The notes under the pieces were generated by a model. The model saw nothing but the letters and a program-made list of their open reading frames with translations, did not search any database and was not told the DNA's origin. This document shows, one piece after another, positions 52,763 to 62,719 of a stretch of DNA of 64,000 bases (its first letter is position 1; each line of letters begins with the position of its first letter). This DNA comes from Candidatus Chromulinivoraceae bacterium. GTDB lineage: Bacteria > Patescibacteriota > Saccharimonadia > Saccharimonadales > Saccharimonadaceae. The DNA lies in the NCBI GenBank assembly GCA_035478595.1, contig DATIJL010000010.1, positions 35,733-99,732 of the forward strand. Reading direction: 5' to 3'. The translations under genes and the position numbers were made by a program.

Positions 52763-53887
52763 ATGGATGATATTAACATTAAACAACTGACGCTTTCTGT
52801 ACGTACGATCGCTGAAGAGAAGAACCTGCCAGAGGAGACAGTTCTTTCTGTCATTGAGCAAGCAATTGCGGCAGCATGGCGTCGTGATAATGGCGAACGT
52901 GACCAGGATGTCCGTGCTGAGCTGAACATCAACGATGGTACGGCTATGGTCTACGTAGCACGTGAAGTTGTTGAAGAAGTTGGCTCCGATGCAGTCGAGA
53001 TTAGCCTTGAGGATGCTCGTAAGGTTAAGAAAGATGCTGAGATTGGCGATACTATCGAAGAAAAGTACGAGGTAAAGAGCTTTGGCCGTGTGGCAGCCCA
53101 GACCGCAAAGCAGGTCGTGCTGCAGCGTCTACGTGAAGCAGAGCGCGAAGTTGTACTTGAAGAGTATGAAGATAAGATCGGTACGGTTGTAACCGGTATC
53201 GTACAACGCGTTGAGCCACGCGTAGTGCGCGTCGAGCTCGGCAAGGCTACGGGTATTATTCCTCAGGGTGAGCAAATCCAGGGAGAATACTATGGTATCG
53301 GCGCACGTGTAAAAGTCTTTATTAAAGATATCGAGCGCGATAACCGTGGACCACAGCTTATCTTGAGCCGTGCTAACGAAGCCTTCATCGAATACCTTTT
53401 CCGTCAAGAAGTTCCTGAAATGGAAGCTGGTGCCGTAGATATTAAGGCAATTGCGCGCGAAGCTGGTCGTCGTACCAAGCTCGCTGTTCACAGTAACGTT
53501 CCAGGCGTCGACCCGGTCGGTACATTTGTAGGCGGTCATGGTACGCGTGTCCAGGCTGTTATGAACGAGATCGGTGACCAAGAAAAGATCGATATCATCA
53601 CTTTTGATGAGAAGCCCGAGCAGTTTATACGAAATGCACTAAGCCCAGCCGAAGTTGTTAAGGTGGAGGTCGATGAGACTGCGAAACGCGCTAAGGTATT
53701 TGTAAACGAAGACCAGCAGTCAATTGCCATTGGTCGTGGTGGTCAGAATGTCCGTCTTGCGAGTCGTCTTACTGGCTATGAACTTGACATCGAGACGGCT
53801 CAAGCGCCAAAACCAGCTGAGCCAAAACCTCGTAAAAATATCGAGGATAGTCTCTTGAACGCTGTTGAAGAGTCTGCTGAAGAGTAG
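52763..53887 (+). CDS. nusA: transcription termination/antitermination factor NusA
   Basis: 374 aa from MDDINIKQL (RBS aaggaagga). S1 and two KH domains (GRGGQNVRLASRLTG). The track's TTG start at 52739 is unlikely. Confidence 0.95.
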   Translation: MDDINIKQLTLSVRTIAEEKNLPEETVLSVIEQAIAAAWRRDNGERDQDVRAELNINDGTAMVYVAREVVEEVGSDAVEISLEDARKVKKDAEIGDTIEEKYEVKSFGRVAAQTAKQVVLQRLREAEREVVLEEYEDKIGTVVTGIVQRVEPRVVRVELGKATGIIPQGEQIQGEYYGIGARVKVFIKDIERDNRGPQLILSRANEAFIEYLFRQEVPEMEAGAVDIKAIAREAGRRTKLAVHSNVPGVDPVGTFVGGHGTRVQAVMNEIGDQEKIDIITFDEKPEQFIRNALSPAEVVKVEVDETAKRAKVFVNEDQQSIAIGRGGQNVRLASRLTGYELDIETAQAPKPAEPKPRKNIEDSLLNAVEESAEE

Positions 53888-53901
53888 GTTTTACACTTTA
53901 G

Positions 53902-53930
53902 AAATAGCCGCTGATAAAGCGGCTATTTTT
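53902..53930 (+). terminator. intrinsic terminator of nusA
   Basis: Stem aaatagccgc / gcggctattt with a 7-nt loop, then a T-run. Confidence 0.8.
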
Positions 53931-53944
53931 GTATTGAAAATAAA

Positions 53945-53971
53945 TTAGCACTCTATTGACCTGAGTGCTAA
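53945..53971. promoter_or_regulatory. CIRCE operator (HrcA-binding inverted repeat), perfect consensus
   Basis: ttagcactc-tattgacct-gagtgctaa equals TTAGCACTC-N9-GAGTGCTAA with no mismatch. The spacer contains a ttgacc -35 hexamer. Confidence 0.85.
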
Positions 53972-53985
53972 TTTTGTCATATACT
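53956..53985 (+). promoter_or_regulatory. candidate clpC promoter overlapping CIRCE (TTGACC-18-TATACT)
   Basis: ttgacc at 53956-53961 inside the CIRCE spacer, and tatact at 53980-53985. Confidence 0.45.
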
Positions 53986-54061
53986 AGATAAAGTAAAGGC
54001 GAGCACGATATTGGCAGATAAAACGCTTGCGCTCGTCACAGGGAGGATTGATAATAGAATT

Positions 54062-56557
54062 ATGGCAGATGATTTCGCCGAGTTCGTATCGCATTTAACC
54101 GATAACGCCCGGACTAGTCTGCAGCATGCAGACGCAATAGCTCGTGGGTACGGTAGTGCTTATATTGGCACAGAGCATCTTTTACTTGGTGTACTTGCCC
54201 AAGGTTCGTCAGTAGGTGCTAAGGTTCTTGCCGATGCTGGCGTGACGCTAGATAGAGCGGAGCTTGCACTTAATTTAACTCCACGCACCCTTGTTGTAAG
54301 CACGGGCGCAAAAGGTTTGTCTGAAACAGCTAAGCTCACTTTAAAGATGAGCTGGGAGATTGCACAGGAGTTCCATCAAGATTACTTAGGAACCGAACAT
54401 ATCTTGTATAGCATTTTGACGCAAAAGAATGCCCGGGCAACCGTGTTGCTCCGTGACATGAGTGTCGATGTTGCCGAGATTACAAGTGAACTTGAAGAGT
54501 TTTTTGATCGTCAGAACGGTGCGTATGAGAGTGAAGGTGAGCAAGAGGCGACGGCACGCTCTAAAAAACAACACGCGAGCCGACACGGAGCGCTTGAGAC
54601 ATTCGGCACTGATCTCACAGTAAGGGCAAGACGAGGTGAGCTTGATCCAGTGATTGGTCGTGGTGAGCAAGAAGATCGTATGATTACTATTCTGAGCCGG
54701 CGTACTAAAAATAATCCGGTGCTGATCGGCGAGCCTGGTGTCGGTAAAACGGCAATTGTTGAGGGTCTTGCACAGCGTATCGCTCGTGAGGAAGTACCAG
54801 ATCATCTTCTCGACAAAAAAGTAGTTCAGCTGGACCTTGCAGCTATGATCGCTGGCACAAAATATAGAGGTGAGTTTGAAGAGCGACTTAAAAAAGTAGT
54901 CGAGGAGTTGCGCGAGCAAAAGAATGTTATTGTCTTTATCGATGAGTTGCACTTATTGGTTGGCGCCGGGGCTGCTGAAGGTGCACTTGACGCTGCCAAC
55001 ATGTTGAAGCCAGCGCTAGCGCGTGGAGAATTACATCTGATTGGCGCGACAACGCTCGATGAGTATCGTAAACATATTGAAAAAGATACCGCACTTGAGC
55101 GCAGGTTTCAAACCATTGTTGTACCAGAACCAACACTCAAAGATACAGTCGCTATTCTTAAGGGACTTCGTACATACTACGAAAAGTATCACAACGTTTC
55201 GTTGACGGATGAAATTATAGAGGACTCAGTTTATATGGCCGATCGCTATGTAAGTGAACGCTATATGCCTGATAAGGCGATAGATGTTATCGACGAGGCA
55301 GCGGCACGTGTGCGAGTAAAAGCTAGTGGCAAACCGAGCAAGCTTCGTGATTTTACACGCCAGCTGAAAAACCTCAATGAAAAAATGGAAGAAGCAGTCG
55401 CAGGTGAAGATTATGAGCGGGCTGCCCTCTACAAAACGCGTATTAGTCAAATCACTTCAAAAATTGACGAAACGAAGGCGGACTATGAGAGTAAAACGCC
55501 CGTCGCGTTAACCGATGATGACATCGCCCGTGCCATCGCAACGATGACAGGTATTCCAGCAGAGCGTGTTCAGAAGTCGGAGGCTCGTTTGTTGCGCCGG
55601 CTCGAAAAACATCTTGGTAAGTTCATTATTGGTCAGGAAGAAGCAGTCGCAAAGGTTGCTCGCGCCATTCGGCGCAGTCGAAGTGGTGTGGCGAGCTCTA
55701 AGAGGCCGATTGGTTCTTTCGTCTTTATGGGACCAACAGGAGTGGGCAAGACTGAGCTTGCGCGCATTCTCGCTCGTGAGGTTTTTGGAAGTGACAATGC
55801 CCTGGTAAAGATTGATATGAGCGAATTTGGTGAGCGTCATAACACAAGTCGTTTACTTGGTGCACCTGCTGGCTATGTCGGATATGAAGACGGCGGCAAG
55901 CTGACAGACAAGATCCGTCGCCAGCCGTATAGCGTCGTGCTGTTCGATGAGATTGAAAAAGCTCATCCAGAAGTGTTCCAGCTACTTTTACAGTTACTTG
56001 AGGATGGAAAATTAACTGACGCAAAAGGTCACGTTGTTGACTTTACTAATACAATTGTCATCTTGACGAGCAACCTTGGTGCTGAAAGTATGATGAAAGA
56101 ATCGAGTCTTGGATTCCATGCTAGTACTAAATCAGACAAGGAGCAGCTAGACGTCGTTCACGAAGAAAACGCTTCGGTCGCTGAAGAGGCACTCTCGCGT
56201 ATGATGCGCCCAGAGTTGATTAACCGGTTTGACGCTATCGTGACATTTAGAGCTCTCACTTCCAAAGAAATTGGTAAGATCTTTGATAATCTCATTTATG
56301 AACTCGGTGAACGACTAGTTCGTAAGGGAATCCAATTGGTTGTAAAGCCAACCGCAAAACGTTTTCTGATTGAGAAGGGCTACAGTGAAAAGTTCGGTGC
56401 ACGGCCGCTCCGCAGGGCCATTCAAGATGAACTCGAACATCAAATTGCAGATGGTATCTTAAGCGGCGAATATGAAAAAGGAAGCGTATTGGAGATTAGC
56501 GCGAGGAAGGGTACGATAGTAATTGATGCCCAACATGAAACAACAAGGACACTCTAG
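54062..56557 (+). CDS. clpC: ATP-dependent Clp protease ATP-binding subunit ClpC (class III AAA+)
   Basis: 831 aa from MADDFAEF. Two Clp_N repeats, two Walker A boxes ([18 protein letters not shown]), a short UVR-like M-domain ([12 protein letters not shown]) rather than the long ClpB coiled coil, and an LGF loop. Confidence 0.9.
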   Translation: MADDFAEFVSHLTDNARTSLQHADAIARGYGSAYIGTEHLLLGVLAQGSSVGAKVLADAGVTLDRAELALNLTPRTLVVSTGAKGLSETAKLTLKMSWEIAQEFHQDYLGTEHILYSILTQKNARATVLLRDMSVDVAEITSELEEFFDRQNGAYESEGEQEATARSKKQHASRHGALETFGTDLTVRARRGELDPVIGRGEQEDRMITILSRRTKNNPVLIGEPGVGKTAIVEGLAQRIAREEVPDHLLDKKVVQLDLAAMIAGTKYRGEFEERLKKVVEELREQKNVIVFIDELHLLVGAGAAEGALDAANMLKPALARGELHLIGATTLDEYRKHIEKDTALERRFQTIVVPEPTLKDTVAILKGLRTYYEKYHNVSLTDEIIEDSVYMADRYVSERYMPDKAIDVIDEAAARVRVKASGKPSKLRDFTRQLKNLNEKMEEAVAGEDYERAALYKTRISQITSKIDETKADYESKTPVALTDDDIARAIATMTGIPAERVQKSEARLLRRLEKHLGKFIIGQEEAVAKVARAIRRSRSGVASSKRPIGSFVFMGPTGVGKTELARILAREVFGSDNALVKIDMSEFGERHNTSRLLGAPAGYVGYEDGGKLTDKIRRQPYSVVLFDEIEKAHPEVFQLLLQLLEDGKLTDAKGHVVDFTNTIVILTSNLGAESMMKESSLGFHASTKSDKEQLDVVHEENASVAEEALSRMMRPELINRFDAIVTFRALTSKEIGKIFDNLIYELGERLVRKGIQLVVKPTAKRFLIEKGYSEKFGARPLRRAIQDELEHQIADGILSGEYEKGSVLEISARKGTIVIDAQHETTRTL

Positions 56558-57533
56558 TTACGGCGCTCTCTTAGGGATTCTGGCGACGGTAGTTTCGGTT
56601 GTGGCTGCCTTACTGCTTCTTGTTAACCGTCAAGTTGTGCTTGACCAAGTGAGCGTGTGGCAATATCAACCAAGCAGCGAGATTGCTCAATTAGCGGATA
56701 GTTCAGGCATGAGCAATACGGGCAAGTTCTATTTTTATGCAAGTCATCCGGCCGTCCAGGCGGCTCAGGATTTCAATAAAAATTGCAGTAAGCAGGAGAC
56801 GAGCACGGCTATTTTGGGATGTTATAATGGTCAAAATATTTACATCTATAACGTGACAGATACGAGATTGAATGGAATCAAAGAAACGACCGCGGCTCAC
56901 GAAATGCTGCATGCTGCCTACGCGCGTTTAAGCGATGGTGAAAAACAGTCTGTAGATACCATGCTTGAGTCTGAATACAACAAGCTAAAGGATAATAAAG
57001 ATTTTGCTGAACGAATGTCTTTTTATGCACGAACCGAACCGGGCCAGCGTGACAATGAGCTACACTCTGTAATTGGTACAGAAGTGGGTTCGCTGAGTCC
57101 GGATCTTGAACATTACTACAGCAAATACTTCACAGATCGATCAAAAGTTGTAGCTGAACATGACCAGTATGCGAGTGTGTTTACTCAGCTGCAGACTCAA
57201 AGTGATACGCTTTCGGCGCAGCTCACGCAGCTTGGCAATACGATTCAGCAGCAAACACAAGATTACAACGCGGCGGTTACGATACTTAATAATGATATCG
57301 CAGCCTTTAATCAGCAGGCGAACAGTGGTGGATTTTCGAGTAAAGCTACGTTCGACAGTCAACGTGCTTCGCTTGTAGACAGGGCAGACAGTCTTGACAG
57401 CAAACGTCAGCAAATAAATGCCGAAATTTCGCAGTATAATACGTTGCGTGATCAACTTGCCAACGTTGCAAGCCAATCTGAGGCACTTAATCAGAGCATA
57501 AACAGTAGCCTCGCGCCTGCTCCTAGTTTATAA
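56526..57533 (+). CDS. membrane-anchored HExxH protein with C-terminal Q/N-rich coiled coil
   Basis: About 335 aa. TM helix (ALLGILATVVSVVAALLLLV), the motif TTAAHEMLHAAY, then ~140 aa of Q/S/N-rich heptad-like sequence. Overlaps the clpC 3' end. The start (56526 or 56535) is uncertain. Confidence 0.6.
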   Translation: MPNMKQQGHSSYGALLGILATVVSVVAALLLLVNRQVVLDQVSVWQYQPSSEIAQLADSSGMSNTGKFYFYASHPAVQAAQDFNKNCSKQETSTAILGCYNGQNIYIYNVTDTRLNGIKETTAAHEMLHAAYARLSDGEKQSVDTMLESEYNKLKDNKDFAERMSFYARTEPGQRDNELHSVIGTEVGSLSPDLEHYYSKYFTDRSKVVAEHDQYASVFTQLQTQSDTLSAQLTQLGNTIQQQTQDYNAAVTILNNDIAAFNQQANSGGFSSKATFDSQRASLVDRADSLDSKRQQINAEISQYNTLRDQLANVASQSEALNQSINSSLAPAPSL

Positions 57534-57541
57534 TCAGAGTA

Positions 57542-58894
57542 ATGGTTAAATCTCGAACACAATTTGTGTGCCAAAATTGTGGTGCTGTCTATCCAAAATG
57601 GTCGGGACGCTGTGAAAACTGTGGTGAATGGAATACGCTAGTTGAACAGGCGGCCCCTTCGATCGGTAAATCGGTTGTTGCCAAGAGCGCACATAGCGGT
57701 CATACTCTTATTCCTCAAACAATGCAGTCTATCACGATGGAATCAGCCGTTCACCGCATGTCAACGGGCTATGATGATCTGGATGTTGTTCTAGGTGGTG
57801 GTATCCTACCAGGTGGGGTTATGCTCATGGCTGGTCAGCCGGGTATCGGAAAGAGCACACTGCTACTGCAGGTGGCGAGCAATGTAGCAAAAAGTAGTCC
57901 CGTGCTCTATGCTAGCGGTGAGGAATCGGCCTCGCAGGTTAAACTACGTGCAGAGAGACTAGGCGCCTCCTCCAGTGAGCAGCTACACTTTGTTGCCAGT
58001 ACGAGTGCTGATGATATTGCCGCAACTATTCGATCGGGCGCGTACAAACTTGTTATTATCGACTCGATCCAAACCCTCAGCCTTGAGGAAATTACGTCAG
58101 CGCCAGGAACGGTAAGTCAAATCACTAATAGTAGTAATGTGCTTATTCGGGCGGCAAAAGAGTCTGGTGCCGCAGTGGTGCTCGTAGGGCATGTTACAAA
58201 AGAGGGAAGTATAGCTGGTCCAAAAGTACTAGAGCATCTTGTGGACGTTGTCTTGCAGTTCGAGGGTGACCGCTACGGTGGTTTTAAGGTAGTGCGGGCA
58301 GCTAAGAATAGGTATGGGTCTACAAACGAGGCGGCTATCTTTGAAATGTACGAACAAGGCCTAAGAATCGTTGAGAATCCGTCCGCTGCCTTGCTAGCGG
58401 AACGCCAAAATGCAGATGGATCAGTAGTCATGGCAACGCTTGAGGGTACGCGGCCGCTCCTCGTCGAAATACAGGCGCTTGTCAATCCAACAAGTTTCGG
58501 GTATCCTAAGCGTACAGCCTCGGGGTTTGATCTTAACCGGCTTAATCTGCTTATTGCCGTGCTTGAGCGGCGCACAAAACTGAATTTATCTGATAAAGAC
58601 ATTTACATTAATGTTGTGGGTGGATTAAAGTTAAACGACCCCGCTGCTGATCTGGCTATCTGTATGGCAATTGCCAGTGCGGCTGCTGGAAAAAGACTGG
58701 ACGACAGCATTGTCGTATTTGGCGAAGTCGGTCTAGGCGGCGAAATTCGTAGTGTACACAGCAATGACCGTCGGGTGGCTGAAGCAAAAAAGCTTGGTTT
58801 TACTCAAGCAATTGCTCCTAAAACAGGAGCGAAGAACTCATTTATCAAGGGTGTCGGCGATCTTCGCCAGGCGCTCATAGACTACCTGCAGTAA
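57542..58894 (+). CDS. radA: DNA repair protein RadA/Sms
   Basis: 450 aa with an N-terminal C4 zinc finger (CQNCG...CENCG), Walker A GQPGIGKST, the KNRYGSTNE motif and a Lon-like C-terminus. Confidence 0.95.
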   Translation: MVKSRTQFVCQNCGAVYPKWSGRCENCGEWNTLVEQAAPSIGKSVVAKSAHSGHTLIPQTMQSITMESAVHRMSTGYDDLDVVLGGGILPGGVMLMAGQPGIGKSTLLLQVASNVAKSSPVLYASGEESASQVKLRAERLGASSSEQLHFVASTSADDIAATIRSGAYKLVIIDSIQTLSLEEITSAPGTVSQITNSSNVLIRAAKESGAAVVLVGHVTKEGSIAGPKVLEHLVDVVLQFEGDRYGGFKVVRAAKNRYGSTNEAAIFEMYEQGLRIVENPSAALLAERQNADGSVVMATLEGTRPLLVEIQALVNPTSFGYPKRTASGFDLNRLNLLIAVLERRTKLNLSDKDIYINVVGGLKLNDPAADLAICMAIASAAAGKRLDDSIVVFGEVGLGGEIRSVHSNDRRVAEAKKLGFTQAIAPKTGAKNSFIKGVGDLRQALIDYLQ

Positions 58895-58913
58895 GCAGGA
58901 GAAAGAAAAACAT

Positions 58914-59858
58914 ATGGATACACTCCAAACGATTATTACCGTTGTACTATTAGCGGTTTTAACAGAAGTAACTTATTTAGTGGTTAAATTGCCACGTCAA
59001 GCTAATCGACGCTCTGGTCGCATAATATACGTAGATACGTCAGTCCTTATCGATGGTCGCATTGTGGCCGTTGCAAAATCAGGATTTATTGGTGAGGAAC
59101 TAGTAATTCCTCGCAGCGTTATTGGTGAGCTACAGTTCTTGGCAGATAATGCTGATCACGACAAGCGCATGCGTGCTCGTTTTGGCCTCGATGTTGTTAC
59201 GGAATTACAAAATATTCCTCAAGTTGACGTCTCTATTTTACAAGATGGAAGCAAGGCGGAAGAAGGAGTTGATGAGCGACTCTTGAAACTGGCTAAGAAG
59301 AATGGTGGTGCAATTTGTACCATTGATTACAACCTTAATAAAGTTGCTGTTGTCGAGGGTATTGCGGTGCTAAACGTAAACGAACTGGCGCAAAGTCTTC
59401 GCATGGCACACCTTCCAGGCGAACGAATTCATTTAGATATTGTTCAAAAAGGTCAAGACTCACATCAGGGTGTCGGCTATCTTGGTGATGGTACGATGGT
59501 CGTCGTAGAACACGCCAACAAATACATTGGCAAAAACGTTGAGATAGAATTTATTCGCAGTCTTCAAACGGCTGCTGGTAAGATGATGTTTGCACGTCTA
59601 GTCGAGCAGCGTGATCTTAATCCACCCGCATTTAATAAACCAGCTGGTAAAAAGCCTGTTCCAAAGCCACAGCCTCAGGTTGAGGAGCCTAAAAAGGAGA
59701 ACCGTCCTAAGGTCCAGCAACAGCCACGACCGTATCGTCAGCCACAGCAAACTAAACCTGTGCAGCAACAAACACAGCCGCCACGTAAGCAAAAACCACG
59801 TCGTCAGCAAGACCGCGAAGCTAGCTTGCTTGATCTCGTTGATAAACAAAATCAATAA
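58914..59858 (+). CDS. PIN + TRAM domain protein (YacL-like) with Q/P/K-rich tail
   Basis: 314 aa. N-terminal TM, a PIN-like core (YVDTSVLIDGRI ... ICTIDYNL), a TRAM-like segment (GVGYLGDGTMVVVEHA) and an ~85-aa low-complexity C-terminus. Position after radA as in Firmicutes. Confidence 0.75.
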   Translation: MDTLQTIITVVLLAVLTEVTYLVVKLPRQANRRSGRIIYVDTSVLIDGRIVAVAKSGFIGEELVIPRSVIGELQFLADNADHDKRMRARFGLDVVTELQNIPQVDVSILQDGSKAEEGVDERLLKLAKKNGGAICTIDYNLNKVAVVEGIAVLNVNELAQSLRMAHLPGERIHLDIVQKGQDSHQGVGYLGDGTMVVVEHANKYIGKNVEIEFIRSLQTAAGKMMFARLVEQRDLNPPAFNKPAGKKPVPKPQPQVEEPKKENRPKVQQQPRPYRQPQQTKPVQQQTQPPRKQKPRRQQDREASLLDLVDKQNQ

Positions 59859-59873
59859 CAAGCCAGCTCATAT

Positions 59874-59903
59874 AAAAACCACCTCGTTGATGAGGTGGTT
59901 TTT
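59874..59903. terminator. bidirectional intrinsic terminator between the yacL-like gene and the PBP gene
   Basis: Perfect 12-bp stem aaaaaccacctc / gaggtggttttt with a 6-nt loop. Confidence 0.8.
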
Positions 59904-59907
59904 ATCT

Positions 59908-62610
59908 TTATGGAAGCAATCGTTTCCAATTATGACCGGGATTTGCTGAGCTAGTTATTCCTGATGGAGTATAGCTTTGTGTACCAGTGCTTGTATAGAA
60001 GCCTGCATCTGTAAGATCGGCACTAATTGTCTGCGTGCTGTTTGAGGTAAAGGTGTAATCGGCAGTGTAGGTACCACTCGAGCTAATAGTTTGGTTAGAT
60101 ACGATTGTATCGCCAACTTTTATGAGGAGTGTTTGAAGAGGGAACGTTCCCTGTACAACGCTAACGCTGATCTTGTAGGTGTTGCCGCTTTCAGGAGTGA
60201 TGGCAATCGTACCTACGTTTGGTTTGGCGTCATCACATTTATGTACGTCATCATCCTTTGTCGAGTCGTAACCATCAGGTGCAATGTAACTGTCCTGTTT
60301 AGTAATCGGATCAGTAAACTTCTGAACGTCTACATCGATCTTGGCGCCATCGGGTGTACAGCTTGTAGCCTTCTTTTTTGATACTTTGTCAAAGCTCAGC
60401 TTGGCGTTTGTCTTGCCTTGATCTTTGTTATACCACGATGGGTAAAGCTCGCCATTGATAGTTTGGATGCCTGCAGGACGTGTAATCCAGTCATTCGGTT
60501 TCCAAAGACCCTGAGGTTGGTAGATGTCCTGGTGTACATAACGCATGACCGCGTCGATGATTGGTCCTGGCATTGTAGAGTTACCATTGGTAAGTGGGGT
60601 CGAATCTTCGTTTCCAAGCCACACGCCCATAGACACAACAGGACTGTAGGTCATCATCCAGACATCTTTTGGCCTATCGCCGATGTTTGAAGTACCTGTT
60701 TTTGTTGCGGTCTTGATGCCAGTGTTACCATAGCTCAGGCCGGTTGTGATGCTGCCGAAGAGCGCCCTGCGTGCGTTAGGATCTGTGAGGATATCGCTAA
60801 CGAGGTAGGCTGCCTGTGGGTCGATAACTTGTTTGCTAGAATCTTGGTATTGGTCAATCACGCTACCTTGGCTGTCGGTGACCTTGAGAATGGTTGACCA
60901 TGGCTTATAGACACCGCCACGGGCTAAAGAAGCGAAAGCGTTAACGTGGTCTACTTGGCGTGTACCACATCCACCAATAGCGGCTGATAGCCCGGCTTGA
61001 GTTTCTTGTCCTTGTGTACAGTAATAGGCGTCACCCATATTGCGGATTGTTTGAAGCGTCGGCTGCTCACCAGCAATATACATAGCTTTAACCGCTGGGA
61101 CGTTACGAGATTGCGCAAGACTGTCACGGATGGAGACATTCCCAAGGAACTTGTTATCATCGTTGTGGAGTGGTGCGCCATAGAGGTTGTCAATGTTAAC
61201 GTCGCTTAAGATGCTTCCGGTTCCATAGTTTTGCTGACCGGCAGGTTGCTGTGAAAAGAGCTGTGAGTAGACGAGCGGCTTAACACTGGATCCTGGCTGT
61301 AGGAATGACATAGCGGCATTGTTCTGACCAAAGCCTGGATAATTATAGTCACGGCTACCGTCTAGTGCGAGAATCTGGCCCGTAGCATTATCTTCGACCG
61401 TACCTGCACCATCGTTAAAGCCACCATACTTTGGAGTTATGTAGCCATATTTATTGTTAAACATGTTCGTCATAGATTCTTCAAGCTTGCTCTGAATACG
61501 GATATCGAGAGTGGTCGTGATAGTAAGCCCGCCACGTCCAACTGTAGCTTTACCGAGTTTCTGCTCGAGTTCGGACTTTACCATTTGTACAAAGTGAGGA
61601 GCTTTAATGTCTTTGTACTGATCAGACTCAGGAACGATAGTATCAAGTACTGGGGATTTCTTTGCCTCGTCGGCTTGTGCTTGGGTAATGTAACCCTGTT
61701 CAGCCATACTATCGAGTACTTTGTGCTGGCGCTCAATGAGGGCGCTGTGTCCATCGACGTTGTACGGGTCATAGACACTTGGGTTGTTAGGAATAGCTGC
61801 GAGAAGAGATGCTTCAGGGAGAGTTAGGTCCTTGGCGTGTTTGCCAAAGTATGTTTCTGCAGCGGATTCTACACCGTTACGACGGCCTCCATATGGCGAT
61901 TCGTTAAGGTAGAGGTTAAGGATTTGGTCTTTGTCGTACATCCGCTCAACTTCGATAGCAAGAATAGCTTCTTTGATCTTTCGAGGAATGCCACTTAGTC
62001 CACGATCAGAAGCCTGATCTGCAAAGAATACCTGTTTAACCAACTGTTGCGTAAGCGTTGATCCACCTTGCACACTTCCGCCGCCGACGTCAGATAGAGC
62101 TGCGCGGATAGTTCCACTGACACTAATGCCGCCGTGTTTGTAGAAATCTTTATCTTCAATGGCGACGGTTGCTTGTTTCATGTAATTGTTGATTTGATCG
62201 CCATTTACAACCAGAGTATAGTTGCTGTCGCCTTTATCTTCCCATAATAGGTTGCCATTACGGTCGAGGTATTTAGTGACAGTAGTCTGGACGCGTTTTG
62301 CAAGTTCGCCCGGACGAATACTGTCGAGATCTTTACGGAAATAAGCAAAAAGTGCCCCAACACTGAGGACGGTAAGCAGAACGGCAACTCCAAGAATCTT
62401 AAGCGCCATAATGCCACCTTTTTTACTAAACCAATAGCCAGCTACGCGCTTAGGATGAAGGCGATAAAGAAGTCGCTTTAGGGGGTGTTTTGGTAGGCTA
62501 GCAAGATACTCGGCCTTTTTTCGTGCCGCTGCATCCTTTTTGGTTCTCCGTTTGTGAGCCAGATTGGAGTATAGACTCACGCTGCGTGATTTGTTCGGTC
62601 TTTTGGTCAC
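59908..62610 (-). CDS. class A penicillin-binding protein (glycosyltransferase + transpeptidase) with C-terminal extension
   Basis: 900 aa. N-terminal TM, GT51 motifs (EDKDFYKHGGIS, GGSTLTQQL, RKIKE), transpeptidase motifs (GSSVKP, KTGTS) and a ~200-aa S/T-rich beta-type tail. Confidence 0.9.
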   Translation of the reverse strand: MTKRPNKSRSVSLYSNLAHKRRTKKDAAARKKAEYLASLPKHPLKRLLYRLHPKRVAGYWFSKKGGIMALKILGVAVLLTVLSVGALFAYFRKDLDSIRPGELAKRVQTTVTKYLDRNGNLLWEDKGDSNYTLVVNGDQINNYMKQATVAIEDKDFYKHGGISVSGTIRAALSDVGGGSVQGGSTLTQQLVKQVFFADQASDRGLSGIPRKIKEAILAIEVERMYDKDQILNLYLNESPYGGRRNGVESAAETYFGKHAKDLTLPEASLLAAIPNNPSVYDPYNVDGHSALIERQHKVLDSMAEQGYITQAQADEAKKSPVLDTIVPESDQYKDIKAPHFVQMVKSELEQKLGKATVGRGGLTITTTLDIRIQSKLEESMTNMFNNKYGYITPKYGGFNDGAGTVEDNATGQILALDGSRDYNYPGFGQNNAAMSFLQPGSSVKPLVYSQLFSQQPAGQQNYGTGSILSDVNIDNLYGAPLHNDDNKFLGNVSIRDSLAQSRNVPAVKAMYIAGEQPTLQTIRNMGDAYYCTQGQETQAGLSAAIGGCGTRQVDHVNAFASLARGGVYKPWSTILKVTDSQGSVIDQYQDSSKQVIDPQAAYLVSDILTDPNARRALFGSITTGLSYGNTGIKTATKTGTSNIGDRPKDVWMMTYSPVVSMGVWLGNEDSTPLTNGNSTMPGPIIDAVMRYVHQDIYQPQGLWKPNDWITRPAGIQTINGELYPSWYNKDQGKTNAKLSFDKVSKKKATSCTPDGAKIDVDVQKFTDPITKQDSYIAPDGYDSTKDDDVHKCDDAKPNVGTIAITPESGNTYKISVSVVQGTFPLQTLLIKVGDTIVSNQTISSSGTYTADYTFTSNSTQTISADLTDAGFYTSTGTQSYTPSGITSSANPGHNWKRLLP

Positions 62611-62719
62611 GTCAAATTTTTCCCATAAGCAATATTACCATTTATTATAGCACTAATTTTTGGCTGCCAAGGCATAATTTCTGGTATACTGACTAGAGTT
62701 AAACAGATAAGGAGATAGG

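Noticed and set aside
62611-62719. T-box riboswitch upstream of tyrS
   Set aside because: The gap is only 109 nt and AT-rich. It has no T-box consensus stretch and no specifier or terminator-antiterminator helices.
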